NCBI RefSeq assembly: GCF_009914755.1
Contig: NC_060938.1
Direction: 5' to 3' (one strand)
Length of the DNA: 64,000 nt
Source: the human T2T-CHM13v2.0 reference genome, Homo sapiens
The notes under the pieces were generated by a model. That model saw only the letters and a list, made by a program, of their open reading frames with translations. It was not told the origin of the DNA and did not search any database. Each line of letters begins with the position of its first letter. The stretch's first letter is position 1. Position numbers and translations under genes: made by a program. This document shows positions 26,575 through 41,900 of the stretch, one piece after another.

Positions 26575-29500
26575 GAAGTTAATCAACACGAATGGAATGG
26601 AACGGAATGCAATGGAATGGAATGGGATGGAATGGAATGGAATGAAATGGAAAGGAAGGGAATGGAATCAACACTAGTGGAATGGAATGGAACGGAATGG
26701 AATCAACCCGAGTGGAATGAAATGGAATGTAATGCAATGGGATGGAGTGGAATCAAACCGAGCGGAATGGAATGGAATGCAGTGGAAAGGAATTAAATGG
26801 AATGGATCAGAATGGAATCCAATGGAATCAACTAGAATGGAGTGGTATGGAAGGGAATGGAATGGAATGGAATGGAATAAATCCGGGTGGAGTGGAATGG
26901 AATGTAATGGAGTGGAATATAATGGAATTTATTGGAATGGAATGGAATGGAATGGAATGGAACGGAATGGAATGGAAGGAAATGGATTGGATCAGAATGG
27001 AATCCAATGGAATCAACTGGAATGGAATGGAATGGGATGGAATAAATCCGTGTGGAGTGTAATGGAATGCAATGGAGTGGAATGGAATGGAATTTAGTGG
27101 AATGGAATGGAATGGAATGGAATGGAATGGAAAGGAATCAACCCGAATGGAATTGAACGGAATGGAATGGAAAGGAAAGGAATGGAATGGAATGGAATGG
27201 AATGGAATGGAATGGAATGGAATCAACCCGAATGGGATGGCATGGAATGGAATTGAATGGAATGGAATGGAATGGAATGGAATGGAATGGAATGGAATGG
27301 AATGCAATGGAATGGAATCAACCCAAGTGCAATGGATGGAATGGAATGCAATGGAATCCACCCGAGTGGAATGGAATGGAATGGAATGGACTGGAATGGA
27401 ATGGAAGGCAATGGAATTCAATGGAGTGGAATGGAACGAAATAGAGTGGAATTGAATAAACACCAGGGGAATGAAATGGATTGGAATGGAATGGAATGGA
27501 ATGGAATGGAATGGAATGGAATGAAATCAACCTGAGTGGAATGGAACGGAATGGAATGGAATGGAAAGGAATGAATGGAATGGAATGGTGAGGAATCAAC
27601 ACGAGAGGAATGGAATGGAATGGAACGGAAAGGAATGGAAAGAAATGGAATGGAATGAACCCGAATGGAATGGAATGGATTGGAATGGAATGGAATGGAA
27701 TCAACCCGAGTGGAAAGGAATGGAATGCAATGGAGTGGAATGTAATGTAATGGAATGGAATGGAATGGAATGGAATCATCACGAATGGAATGGAACGCAA
27801 TAGAATGGGATGGGATGGAATGTATTGGAATGGAAGTTAATCAACACGAATGGAATGGAATGGAAAGGAATGGAATGAAATGGAATGGAATGGAATGGAA
27901 TGCAATGAAATGGAAAGGAACGGATTGGAATCAACAGGAGTGGAATGGAATGGAACGGAATGGAATCAACCTGAGAGGAATGAAATGGAATGTAATGCAA
28001 TGGGATGGAGTGGAATCAACCCGAGTGGAATGGAATGGAATGGAATGGAATGGAATGGAATGGAATGGAATGGAATGCAATGAAATGGAATGGATTGGAA
28101 TGGAATCCAATGGAATCAACTGGAATGGAATGGAATGGAATGGAATGGAATGGAATGGAATGGAACGCAATGGATTAAATCCGGGTGTAGTGGAATGGAA
28201 TGGAATGGAATGGAATGGAATGGAATGGAATGGAATGGAATGGAATTTAGTGGTATGGAATGGAATGGAATGTAAAGGAATGGAAAGGAATCAACCAGAA
28301 TGGAATGGAACGGAATGGAATGGAAAGGAATGGAAAGGAATGGAATGGAATGGAATGGAATGGAATGGAATCAACCCGAATGGGATGGCTTGAAATGGAA
28401 CGGAATGCAATGGAATGGAATGGAATGGAATGGAATCTCCCTAAGTGCAATGGAATGGAATGGAATGCAATGGAATCCACCCGAGTGGAATGGAATGGAA
28501 TGGAATGGAATGGAATGGAATGGAAAGGAATCAACCCTAATGGAATTGAACGGAATGGAATGGAAAGGAATGGAATGGAATGGAATGGAATGGAATGGAA
28601 TGGAATGGAATCAACCCAAATGGAATGGAACGGAATGGAATGGAATGGAATGGAATGGAATCATCCCAAATGGGATGGCATGGAATGGAATTCAGTGGAA
28701 TGGAATGGAATGGAATGGAATGGAATGGAATGGAATGGAAACAACCCAAGTGCAATGGAATGGAATGGAATGCAATGGAATCCACCCGAGTGGCATGGAA
28801 TGGAGTGGAACGGAATGGAATAGAATGGAATGGAATGGAGTGCAATGGAACGGAATGGAGTGGAATGGAATAAACACCAGGGGAATGAAATGGATTGGAA
28901 TGGAATGGAATGGAATGGAATGGAATGGAATGGAATGAAACCGAATGGAATGGAATGGATTAGAATGGAATGGAGTGGAATCAACCCGAGCGGAAAGGAA
29001 TGAAATGGAATGGAGTGGAATGGAATATAATGGAATGGAGTGGAATGGAATGGAATGTAACGGAATGGAACGGAATGGAATCAACACGAATGGAATGGAA
29101 TGGAATGGGATGGAATTGAATGGAATGGAAGTTAATCAACACGAATGGAATGGAACGGAATGCAATGGAATGGAATGGGATGGAATGGAATGGAATGGAA
29201 TGGAATCAACCCGAATGGAATGGAATGGAATTGGATGGAATTGAATGGAATGGAAGTTAATCAACACGAATGGAATGGAACGGAATGCAATGGAATGGAA
29301 TGGGATGGAATGGAATGGAATGAAATGGAAAGGAACGGAATGGAATCAACACTAGTGGAATGGAATGGAACGGAATGGAATCAACCCGAGTGGAATGAAA
29401 TGGAATGTAATGCAATGGGATGGAGTGGAATCAAACCGAGCGGAATGGAATGGAATGCAGTGGAAAGGAATTAAATGGAATGGATCAGAATGGAATCCAA

Positions 29501-32500
29501 TGGAATCAACTGGAATGGAGTGGAATGGAAGGGAATGGAATGGAATGGAATGGAATGGAATAAATCCGGGTGGAGTGGAATGGAATGTAATGAAGTGGAA
29601 TGGAATGGAATTTAGTGGAATGGAATGGAATGGAATGGAATGGAATGGAATCAACCCGAATGGAATGGAACAGAATGGAATGGAATGGAATGGAATGGAA
29701 TGGAATGGAATGGAATGGAATGGAATGCAATCATCCCGAATGGGATGGCATGGAATGGAATTCAGTGGAATGGAATGGAATGGAATGGAATGGAATGGAA
29801 ACAACCCAAGTGCAATGGAATGGAATGGAATGCAATGGAATCCACCCGAGTGGCATGGAATGGAGTGGAACGGAATGGAATAGAATGGAATGGAATGGAG
29901 TGGAATGGAACGGAATGGAGTGGAATGGAATAAACACCAGGGGAATGAAATGGATTGGAATGGAATGGAATGGAATGGAATGGAATGGAAGGAACCCGAA
30001 TGGAATGGAATGGATTAGAATGGAATGGAGTGGAATCAACCCGAGCGGAAAGGAATGGAATGGAATGGAGTGGAATGGAATATAATGGAATGGAGTGGAA
30101 TGGAATGGAATGTAACGGAATGGAACGGAATGGAATCAACACGAATGGAATGGAATGGAATGGGATGGAATGGAATTGAATGGAAGTTAATCAACACGAA
30201 TGGAATGGAACGGAATGCAATGGAATGGAATGGGATGGAATGGAATGGAATGGAATGGAATGAAATGGAAAGGAACGGAATGGAATCAACACTAGTGGAA
30301 TGGAATGGAATGGAATGGAATCAACCCGAGTGGAATGAAATGGAATGTAATGCAATGGGATGGAGTGGAATCAAACCGAGCGGATTGGAATGGAATGCAG
30401 TGGAAAGGAATTAAATGGAATGGATCACAATGGAATCCAATGGAATCAACTGGAATGGAGTGGTATGGAAGGGAATGGAATGGAATGGAATGGAATGGAA
30501 TAAATCCGGGTGGAGTGGAATGGAATGTAATGGAGTGGAATATAATGGAATTTATTGGAATGGAATGGAATGGAATGGAATGGAACGGAATGGAATGGAA
30601 GGAAATGGATTGGATCGGAATGGAATCCAATGGAATCAACCGGAATGGAATGGAATGGGATGGAATAAATCCGTGTGGAGTGGAATGGAATGTAATGGAG
30701 TGGAATGGAATGGAATTTAGTGGAATGGAATGGAATGGAAGGGAATGGAATGGAATGGAAAGGAATCAACCAGAATGGAATTGAACGGAATGGAATGGAA
30801 AGGAAAGGAATGGAATGGAATGGAATGGAATGGAATGGAATGGAATGGAATGGAATCAACCCGAATGGGATGGCATGGAATGGAATTGAATGGAATGGAA
30901 TGGAATGGAATGGAATGGAATGGAATCAACCCAAGTGCAATGGATGGAATGGAATGCAATGGAATCCACCCGAGTGGAGTGGAATGGAATGGAATGGACT
31001 GGAATGGAATGGAATGCAATGGAATTCAATGGAGTGGAATGGAACGGAATAGAGTGGAATTGAATAAACACCAGGGGAATGAAATGGATTGGAATGTAAT
31101 GGAATGTAATGGAATGAAATCAACCCGAGGGGAATGGAACGGAATGGAATGGAATGGAAAGGAATGAATGGAATGGAATGGTGAGGAATCAACACGAGAG
31201 GAATGGAATGGAATGGAACGGAAAGGAATGGAAAGAAATGGAATGGAATGAACCCGAATGGAATGGAATGGATTGGAATGGAATGGAATGGAATCAACCC
31301 GAGCGGAAAGGAATGGAATGCAATGGAGTGGAATGGAATGTAATGGAATGGAATGGAATGGAATGGAATCATCACGAATGGAATGGAACGGAATGGAATG
31401 GGATGGGATGGAATGTATTGGAATGGAAGTTAATCAACACGAATGGAATGGAATGGAAAGGAATGGAATGAAATGGAATGGAATGGAATGGAATGGAATG
31501 AAATGGAAAGGAACGGATTGGAATCAACAGGAGTGGAATGGAATGGAACGGAATGGAATCAACCCGAGTGGAATGAAATGGAATGTAATGCAATGGGATG
31601 GAGTGGAATCAAACCGAGCGGAATGGAATGGAATGGAATGGAATGGAATGGAATGCAATGAAATGGAATGGATTGGAATGGAATCCAATGGAATCAACTG
31701 GAATGGAATGGAATGGAATGGAATGGAATGGAATGGAATGGAATGCAATGGAATAAATCCGGGTGTAGTGGAATGGAATGGAATGGAATGGAATGGAATG
31801 GAATGGAATGGAATGGAATGGAATGGAATGGAATTTAGTGGTATGGAATGGAATGGAATGTAAAGGAATGGAATGGAATCAACCAGAATGGAATGGAACG
31901 GAATGGAATGGAAAGGAATGGAAAGGAATGGAATGGAATGGAATGGAATGGAATCAACCCGAATGGGATGGCTTGAAATGGAACGGAATGCAATGGAATG
32001 GAATGGAATGGAATGGAATCTCCCTAAGTGCAATGGAATGGAATGGAATGCAATGGAATCCACCCGAGTGGAATGGAATGGAATGGAATGGAATGGAATG
32101 GAATGGAAAGGAATCAACCCTAATGGAATTGAACGGAATGGAATGGAAAGGAATGGAATGGAATGGAATGGAATGGAATGGAATGGAATGGAATCAACCC
32201 AAATGGAATGGAACGGAATGGAATGGAATGGAATGGAATGGAATCATCCCAAATGGGATGGCATGGAATGGAATTCAGTGGAATGGAATGGAATGGAATG
32301 GAATGGAATGGAAACAACCCAAGTGCAATGGAATGGAATGGAATGCAATGGAATGGAATGGAATGCAATGGAATCCACCCGAGTGGCATGGAATGGAGTG
32401 GAACGGAATGGAATAGAATGGAATGGAATGGAGTGGAATGGAACGGAATGGAGTGGAATGGAATAAACACCAGGGGAATGAAATGGATTGGAATGGAATG

Positions 32501-34320
32501 GAATGGAATGGAATGGAATGGAATGGAATGGAATGAAACCGAATGGAATGGAATGGATTAGAATGGAATGGAGTGGAATCAACCCGAGCGGAAAGGAATG
32601 AAATGGAATGGAGTGGAATGGAATATAATGGAATGGAGTGGAATGGAATGGAATGTAACGGAATGGAACGGAATGGAATCAACACGAATGGAATGGAATG
32701 GAATGGGATGGAATTGAATGGAATGGAAGTTAATCAACACGAATGGAATGGAACGGAATGCAATGGAATGGAATGGGATGGAATGGAATGGAATGGAATG
32801 GAATGAAATGGAAAGGAACGGAATGGAATCAACACTAGTGGAATGGAATGGAACGGAATGGAATCAACCCGAGTGGAATGAAATGGAATGTAATGCAATG
32901 GGATGGAGTGGAATCAAACCGAGCGGAATGGAATGGAATGCAGTGGAAAGGAATTAAATGGAATGGATCAGAATGGAATCCAATGGAATCAACTGGAATG
33001 GAGTGGAATGGAAGGGAATGGAATGGAATGGAATGGAATGGAATAAATCCGGGTGGAGTGGAATGGAATGTAATGAAGTGGAATGGAATGGAATTTAGTG
33101 GAATGGAATGGAATGGAATGGAATGGAATGGAATCAACCCGAATGGAATGGAACGGAATGGAATGGAATGGAATGGAATGGAATGGAATGGAATGGAATG
33201 GAATGCAATCATCCCGAATGGGATGGCATGGAATGGAATTCAGTGGAATGGAATGGAATGGAATGGAATGGAATGGAATGGAATGGAAACAACCCAAGTG
33301 CAATGGAATGGAATGGAATGCAATGGAATCCACCCGAGTGGCATGGAATGGAGTGGAACGGAATGGAATAGAATGGAATGGAATGGAGTGGAATGGAACG
33401 GAATGGAGTGGAATGGAATAAACACTAGGGGAATGAAATGGATTGGAATGGAATGGAATGGAATGGAATGGAATGGAATGGAAGGAACCCGAATGGAATG
33501 GAATGGATTAGAATGGAATGGAGTGGAATCAACCCGAGTGGAAAGGAATGGAATGGAATGGAGTGGAATGGAATATAATGGAATGGAGTGGAATGGAATG
33601 GAATGTAACGGAATGGAACGGAATGGAATCAACACGAATGGAATGGAATGGAATGGGATGGAATGGAATTGAATGGAAGTTAATCAACACGAATGGAATG
33701 GAACGGAATGCAATGGAATGGAATGGGATGGAATGGAATGGAATGGAATGGAATGAAATGGAAAGGAACGGAATGGAATCAACACTAGTGGAATGGAATG
33801 GAACGGAATGGAATCAACCCGAGTGGAATGAAATGGAATGTAATGCAATGGGATGGAGTGGAATCAAACCGAGCGGAATGGAATGGAATGCAGTGGAAAG
33901 GAATTAAATGGAATGGATCAGAATGGAATCCAATGGAATCAACTGGAATGGAGTGGTATGGAAGGGAATGGAATGGAATGGAATGGAATGGAATAAATCC
34001 GGGTGGAGTGGAATGGAATGTAATGGAGTGGAATATAATGGAATTTATTGGAATGGAATGGAATGGAATGGAATGGAACGGAATGGAATGGAAGGAAATG
34101 GATTGGATCGGAATGGAATCCAATGGAATCAACTGGAATGGAATGGAATGGGATGGAATAAATCCGTGTGGAGTGGAATGGAATGTAATGGAGTGGAATG
34201 GAATGGAATTTAGTGGAATGGAATGGAATGGAAGGGAATGGAATGGAATGGAAAGGAATCAACCAGAATGGAATTGAACGGAATGGAATGGAAAGGAAAG
34301 GAATGGAATGGAATGGAATG
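26575..34320 (+). repeat. Tandem array of a ~3.5-3.6 kb trimeric unit (about 2.2 copies)
   Basis: ACTAGT at 26673, 30291 and 33784 (spacings 3618 and 3493), and also at 29351/32834. Shared private variants: GATGGCTTGAAAT, ATCATCCCAAATGGG, GGAAGGAACCCG, TAGTGGTATGG. Confidence 0.9.
29085..29320 (+). repeat. 125 bp tandem duplication
   Basis: GTTAATCAACACG...GCAATGG...GGGATGG at 29131 and 29256. The sister unit near 32729 has only one copy. Confidence 0.85.
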
Positions 34321-35941
34321 GAATGGAATGGAATCTCCCTAAGTGCAATGGAATGGAATGGAATGCAATGGAATCCACCCGAGTGGAATGGAATGGAATG
34401 GAATGGAATGGAATGGAATGGAAAGGAATCAACCCTAATGGAATTGAATGGAATGGAATGGAAAGGAATGGAATGGAATGGAATGGAATGGAATGGAATG
34501 GAATGGAATGGAATGGAATCAACCCAAATGGGATGGCATGGAATGGAATTGAATGGAATGGAATGGAATGGAATGGAATGGAATGGAATGGAATGGAATC
34601 AACACGAGTGGAATGGAATGGAACGGAATGGAGTCAACACGAGTGGAATGAAATGGAATGTAATGCAATGGGATGGAGTGGAATCAACCCGAGCGGAATG
34701 GAATGGAATGCAGTGGAAAGGAATGAAATGGAATGGATCGGAATGGAATCCAATGGAATCAACTGGAATGGAATGGTATGGAATGGAATGGAATGGAATG
34801 GAATGGAATGGAATGGAATGGAATAAATCCGGGTGGAGTGGAATGGAATGTAATGGAGTGGAATATAATGGAATTTATTGAAATGGAATGGAATGGAATG
34901 GAATGGAACGGAATGGAATGGAATGAAATGGATTGGATCGGAATGGAATCCAATGGAATCAACTGGAATGGAATGGAATGGAATGGAATGGAATAAATCC
35001 GTGTGGAGTGGAATGGAATGTAATGGAGTGGAATGGAATGGAATGGAATGGAATGGAAAGGAATCAACCCGAATGGAATTGAACGGAATGGAATGGAAAG
35101 GAATGGAATGGAATGGAACGGAATGGAATCAACCCGAATGGGATGGCATGGAATGGAATGGAATGGAATGGAATGGAATGGAATCAACCCAAGTGCAATG
35201 GATGGAATGGAATGCAATGGAATCCACCCAAGTGGAATGGAATGGAATGGACTGGAATGGAATGGAATGCAATGGAATTCAATGGAGTGGAATGGAACGG
35301 AATAGAGTGGAATTGAATAAACACCAGGGGAATGAAATGGATTGGAGTGAAATGGAATGGAATGGAATGGAATGGAATGAAATCAACCCGAATGGAATGG
35401 AACGGATTGGAATGGAATGGAAAGGAATGAATGGAATGGAATGGTGAGGAATCAACACGAGTGGAATGGAATGGAATGGAACGGAACGGAATGGAAAGAA
35501 ATGGAATGGAATGAACCCGAATGGAATGGAATGGATTGGAATGGAATGGAATGGTATCAACCCGAGCGGAAAGGAATGCAATGCAATGGAGTGGAATGTA
35601 ATGGAATGGAATGGAATGGAATGGAATGGAATGGAATCATCACGAATGGAATGGAAAAGAATGGAATGGGATGGGATGGAATGGAATGGAATGGAAGTTA
35701 ATCAACACGAATAGAATGGAATGGAAAGGAATGGAATGAAATGGAATGGAATGGAATGGAACGGAATGGAATGGAATGGAATGGAATGAAATGGAAAGGA
35801 ACGGAATGGAATCAACAGGAGTGGAATGGAATGGAATGGAATGGAATCAACCCAAGTGGAATGAAATGGAATGTAATGCAATGGGATGGAGTGGAATCAA
35901 CCCGAGTGCAATGGAATGGAATGGAATGGAATGGAATGGAA

Positions 35942-38900
35942 TGGAATGGAATGGAATGGAATGCAATGAAATGGAATGGATTGGAATGGAATCCAATGGA
36001 ATCAACTGGAATGGAATGGAATGGAATGGAATGGATTAAATCCGGGTGGAGTGGAATGGAATGTAATGGAGTGGAATGTAATGGAATTTAGTGGAATGGA
36101 ATGGAATGGAATGGAATGAAATGGATTGGAACGGAATGGAATCCAATGGAATCAACTGGAATGGAATGGAATGGAATGGAATGAAATGGAAAGGAACGGA
36201 ATGGAATCAACACGAGTGGAATGGAATGGAACGCAATGGAATCAACCCGAGTGGAATGAAATGGAATGTAATGTAATAGGATGGAGTGGAATCAACCCGA
36301 GTGGAATGGAATGGAATGGAATGGAATGAAATGGAATTGATGTGAATGGAATCCAATGGAATCAACTGGAATGGCATGGAATGGAATGGAATGGAATGCA
36401 ATGGAATGGAATGGAATGGAATGGAATGGATTGGAATAAATCCGGGTGGAGTGGAATGGAATGTAATGGAGTGGAATGTAATGGAATTTAGTGGAATGGA
36501 ATGGAATGGAAGGAAATGGATTGGATCGGAATCGAATCCAATGGAATCAACTGGAATGGAATGGAATGGAATAAATCCGGGTGGAGTGGAATGGAATGTA
36601 ATGAAGTGGAATGGAATGGAATGGAATGGAATGGAATGGAATCAACCCGAATGGAATGGAACGGAATGGAATGGAATGGAATGGAATGGAATGGAATGGA
36701 ATCATCCCGAATGGGATGGCATGGAATGGAATTCAGTGGAATGGAATGGAATGGAATGGAATGGAAACAACCCAAGTGCAATGGAATGGAATGGAATGCA
36801 ATGGAATCCACCCGAGTGGCATGGAATGGAGTGGAACAGAATGGAATAGAATGGAATGGAATGGAGTGGAATGGAACGGAATGGAGTGGAATGGAATAAA
36901 CACCAGGGGAATGAAATGGATTGGAATGGAATGGAATGGAATGGAATGGAATGGAATGAACCCGAATGGAATCGAATGGATTAGAATGGAAAGGAGTGGA
37001 ATCAACCCGAGCGGAAAGGAATGGAATGGAATGGAGTGGAATGGAATATAATGGAATGGAGTGGAATGGAATGGAATGTAACGGAATGGAACGGAATGGA
37101 ATCAACACGAATGGAATGGAATGGAAAGGGATGGAATGGAATGGAATGGAAGTTAATCAACACGAATGGAATGGAACGGAATGCAATGCAATGGAATGGG
37201 ATGGAATGGAATGGAATGGAATGGAATGAAATGGAAAGGAACGGAATGGAATCAACACTAGTGGAATGGAATGGAACGGAATGGAATCAACCCGAGTGGA
37301 ATGAAATGGAATGTAATGCAATGGGATGGAGTGGAATCAAACCGAGCGGAATGGACTGGAATGCAGTGGAAAGGAATTAAATGGAATGGATCAGAATGGA
37401 ATCCAATGGAATCAACTGGAATGGAACGGTATGGAAGGGAATGGAATGGAATGGAATAAATCCGGGTGGAGTGGAATGGAATGGAATGGAGTGGAATATA
37501 ATGGAATTTATTGGAATGGAATGGAATGGAATGGAATGGAATGGAATGGAATGGAATGGAATGGAATGGAACGGAATGGAATGGAAGGAAATGGATTGGA
37601 TCGGAATGGAATCCAATGGAATCAACTGGAATGGAATGGAATGGGATGGAATATATCCGTGTGGAGTGGAATGGAATGTAATGGAGTGGAATGGAATGGA
37701 ATTTAGTGGAATGGAATGGAATGGAATGGAATGGAATGGAATGGAAAGGAATCAACCCGAATGGAATTGAACGGAATGGAATGGAAAGGAATGGAATGGA
37801 ATGGAATGGAATGGAATGGAATGGAATGGAATCAACCCGAACGGGATGGCATGGAATGGAATTGAATGGAATGGAATGGAATGGAATGGAATGCAATGCA
37901 ATGGAATGGAATCAACCCAAGTGCAATAGATGGAATGGAATGCAATGGAATCCACCCGAGTGGAATGGAATGGAATGGAATGGACTGGAATGGAATGGAA
38001 TGCAATGGAATTCAATGTAGTGGAATGGAACGGAATAGAGTGGAATTGAATAAACACCAGGGGAATGAAATGGATTGGAATGTAATGGAATGGAATGGAA
38101 TGGAATGGAATGAAATCAACCCGAGGGGAATGGAACGGAATGGAATGGAATAGAAAGGAATGAATGGAATGGAATGGTGAGGAATCAACACGAGAGGAAT
38201 GGAATGGAATGGAACAGAACGGAATGGAAAGAAATGGAATGGAATGAACACGAATGGAATGGAATGGATTGGAATGGAATGGAATGGGATCAACCCGAGC
38301 GGAAAGGAATGGAATGCAATGGAGTGGAATGAAATGGAATGGAATGGAATGGAATGGAATGGAATGGAATCATCACGAATGGAATGGAACGGAATGGAAT
38401 GGGATGGGATGGAATGTATTGGAATGGAAGTTAATCAACACGAATGGAATGGAATGGAAAGGAATGGAATGAAATGGAATGGAATGGAATGGAATGAAAT
38501 GGAAAGGAACGGAATGGAATCAACAGGAGTGGAATGGAATGGAACGGAATGGAATCAACCCGAGTGGAATGAAATAGAATGTAATGCAATGGGATGGAGT
38601 GGAATCAACCCGAGTTGAATGGAATGGAATGGAATGGAAAGGAATGGAATGGAATGGAATGGAATGCAATGAAATGGAATGGATTGGAATGGAATCCAAT
38701 GGAATCAACTGGAATGGAATGGAATGGAATGGAATGGAATGGAATGGAATGGAATGGAATGGAATTTAGTGGAATGGAATGGAATGGAATGTAAAGGAAT
38801 GGAATGGAATCAACCAGAATGGAATGGAACGGAATGGAATGGAAAGGAATGGAAAGGAATGGAATGGAATGGAATGGAATGGAATGGAATCAACCCGAAT

Positions 38901-41900
38901 GGGATGGCATGAAATGGAACGGAATGCAATGGAATGGAATGGAATAGAATGGAATCTCCCTAAGTGCAATGGAATGGAATGGAATGCAATGGAATCCACC
39001 CGACTGGAATGGAATGGAATGGAATGGAATGGAATGGAATGGAATGGAGTGGAATGGAATGGAATGGAGTGGAATGGAACGGAATGGAGTGGAATGGAAT
39101 AAACACCAAGGGAATGAAATGGATTGGAATGAAATGGAATGGAATGGAATGGAATGGAATGAAATCAACCCGAGTGGAATGGAACGGAATGGAATGGAAT
39201 AGAAAGGAATGAATGGAATGGAATGGTGAGGAATCAACACGAGAGGAATGGAATGGAATGGAACGGAAAGGAATGGAAAGAAATGGAATGGAATGAACCC
39301 GAATGGAATGGAATGGATTGGAATGGAATGGAATGGAATCAACCCGAGCGGAAAGGAATGGAATGCAATGGAGTGGAATGAAATGGAATGGAATGGAATG
39401 GAATGGAATGGAATCATCACGAATGGAATGGAACGGAATGCAATGGGATGGGATGGAATGTATTGGAATGGAAGTTAATCAACACGAATGGAATGGAATG
39501 GAAAAGAATGGAATGAAATGGAATGGAATGGAATGGAATGAAATGGAAAGGAACGGAATGGAATCAACAGGAGTGGAATGGAATGGAACGGAATGGAATC
39601 AACCCGAGTGGAATGAAATGGAATGTAATGCAATGGGATGGAGTGGAATCACCCCGAGTTGAATGGAATGGAATGGAATGGAATGGAATGGAATGCTATG
39701 AAATGGAATGGATTGGAATGGAATCCAATGGAATCAACTGGAATGGAATGGAATGGAAAGGAATGGAATGGAATGGAATGGAATGGAATGGATTAAATCC
39801 GGGTGTAGTTTAATGGAATGGAATGGAATGGAATGGAATGGAATGGAATGGAATGGAATTTAGAGGAATGGAATGGAATGGAATGTAAAGGAATGGAATG
39901 GAATCAACCAGAATGGAATGGAACGGAATGGAATGGAAAGGAATGGAAAGGAATGGAATGGAATGGAATGGAATGGAATGGAATGGAATGGAATCAACCC
40001 GAATGGGATGGCATGAAATGGAACGGAATGCAATGGAATGGAATGGAATGGAATGGAATGGAATCTCCCTAAGTGCAATGGAATGGAATGGAATGCAATG
40101 GAATCCACCCGAGTGGAATGGAATTGAATGGAATGGAATGGAATGGAATGGAATGGAATGGAATGGAATGGAGTGGAATGGAATGGAATGGAGTGGAATG
40201 GAACGGAATGGAGTGGAATGGAATAAACACCAAGGGAATGAAATGGATTGGAATGAAATGGAATGGAATGGAATGAAATCAACCCGAGTGGAATGGAACG
40301 GAATGGAATGGAATAGAAAGGAATGAATGGAATGGAATGGTGTGGAATCAACACGAGAGGAATGGAATGGAATGGAATGGTACGGAACGGAATGGAAAGG
40401 AATGGAATGGAATGAACCCGAATGGAATGGAATGGATTGGAATGCAATGGAATGGAAATAACCCGAGCGGAAAGGAATGGAATGGAATGGAGTGGAATGG
40501 AATGTAATGGAATGGAATGGCATGGAATGGAAACAACACGAATGGAATGGAACGGAATGGAATGGGATGGGATGGAATGGAATGGAATGGAAGTTACTGA
40601 ACACGAATGGAATGGAAAGGAATGGAATGGAATGGAATGGAATGGAATGGAATGGAATGGAATGGAATGGAATGGAATGAACCCGAATAGAATAGAATGG
40701 ATTGGAAAGGAATGGAATGGAATCAATCCGAGCGGAAAAGAATGGAATGGAATGGAGTGGAACGGAATGTAATGGAATGGAATGGAATGGAATGGAATCA
40801 ACACGAATGGAATGAAACGGAATGGAATGGGATGGGATGGAATTGAATGGAATGGAAGTTATTCAAGACGAATGGAATGGAACGGAATGGAATGGAATGG
40901 AATGGAATGGAATGGAATGGAATGGAATGAACCCGAATGGAATGGAATGGATTGTAATGGAATGGAATGGAATCAACCCGAACGGAAACGAATGGAATGG
41001 AATGGAGTGGAATGGAATGGAATGGAATGGAATGGAATGGAATGGAATCAAAATGAATGGAATGGAATGCAATGGAATGGAATAGGATGAGATGGAATGG
41101 AATGGAATGGAAGTTAATCAACATGAATGGAATCGAATGGAATGGAATGGAATGGAATGGAATGGAAAGGAACAGAATGGAATCAACACGAGTGGAATGG
41201 AATGGAACGTAATGGAATCAACCCGAGTGGAATGAAATGGAATGTAATGCAATGGGATGGAGTAGAATCAACCCGACTGGAATGGAATGGAATGAAATGG
41301 AATTGATGTCAATGGAATCCAATGGAATCAACTGGAATTGAATGGAATGGAATGGAATGGAATGGAACGGAATGGAATAAATACGGGTGGAGTGGAATGG
41401 AATGTAATGGAGTGCAATGTAATGGAATTTAGTGGAATGGAATGGAATGGAATGGAATGGAATGGAATGAAATGGATTGGATCGGAATGGAATCCAATGG
41501 AATCAACTGGAATGGAATGGAATGGAATGGAATGGAATGGAATGGAATGGAATAAATCCGGTTGGAGTGGAATGGAATGTAATGAAGTGGAATGGAATGG
41601 AATTTAGTGGAATGGAATGGAATGGAATGGAATGGAATGGAATGGAATGGAATGGAAAAAACCCGAATGGAATGGAACGGAATGGAATGGAATGGAATCA
41701 AACCGAATGGGATGGCATGGAATGGAATTGAATGGAATGGAATGGAATGGAATGGAATGGAATGGAATGGAATGGAATCAAACCAAGTGCAATTGAATGG
41801 AATGGAATGCAATGCAATCCACCCGAGTGGAATGGAATGGAGTGGAATGGAATGGAATAGAATGGAATTGAATGGAGTGGAATGGAACGGAATGAAGTGG

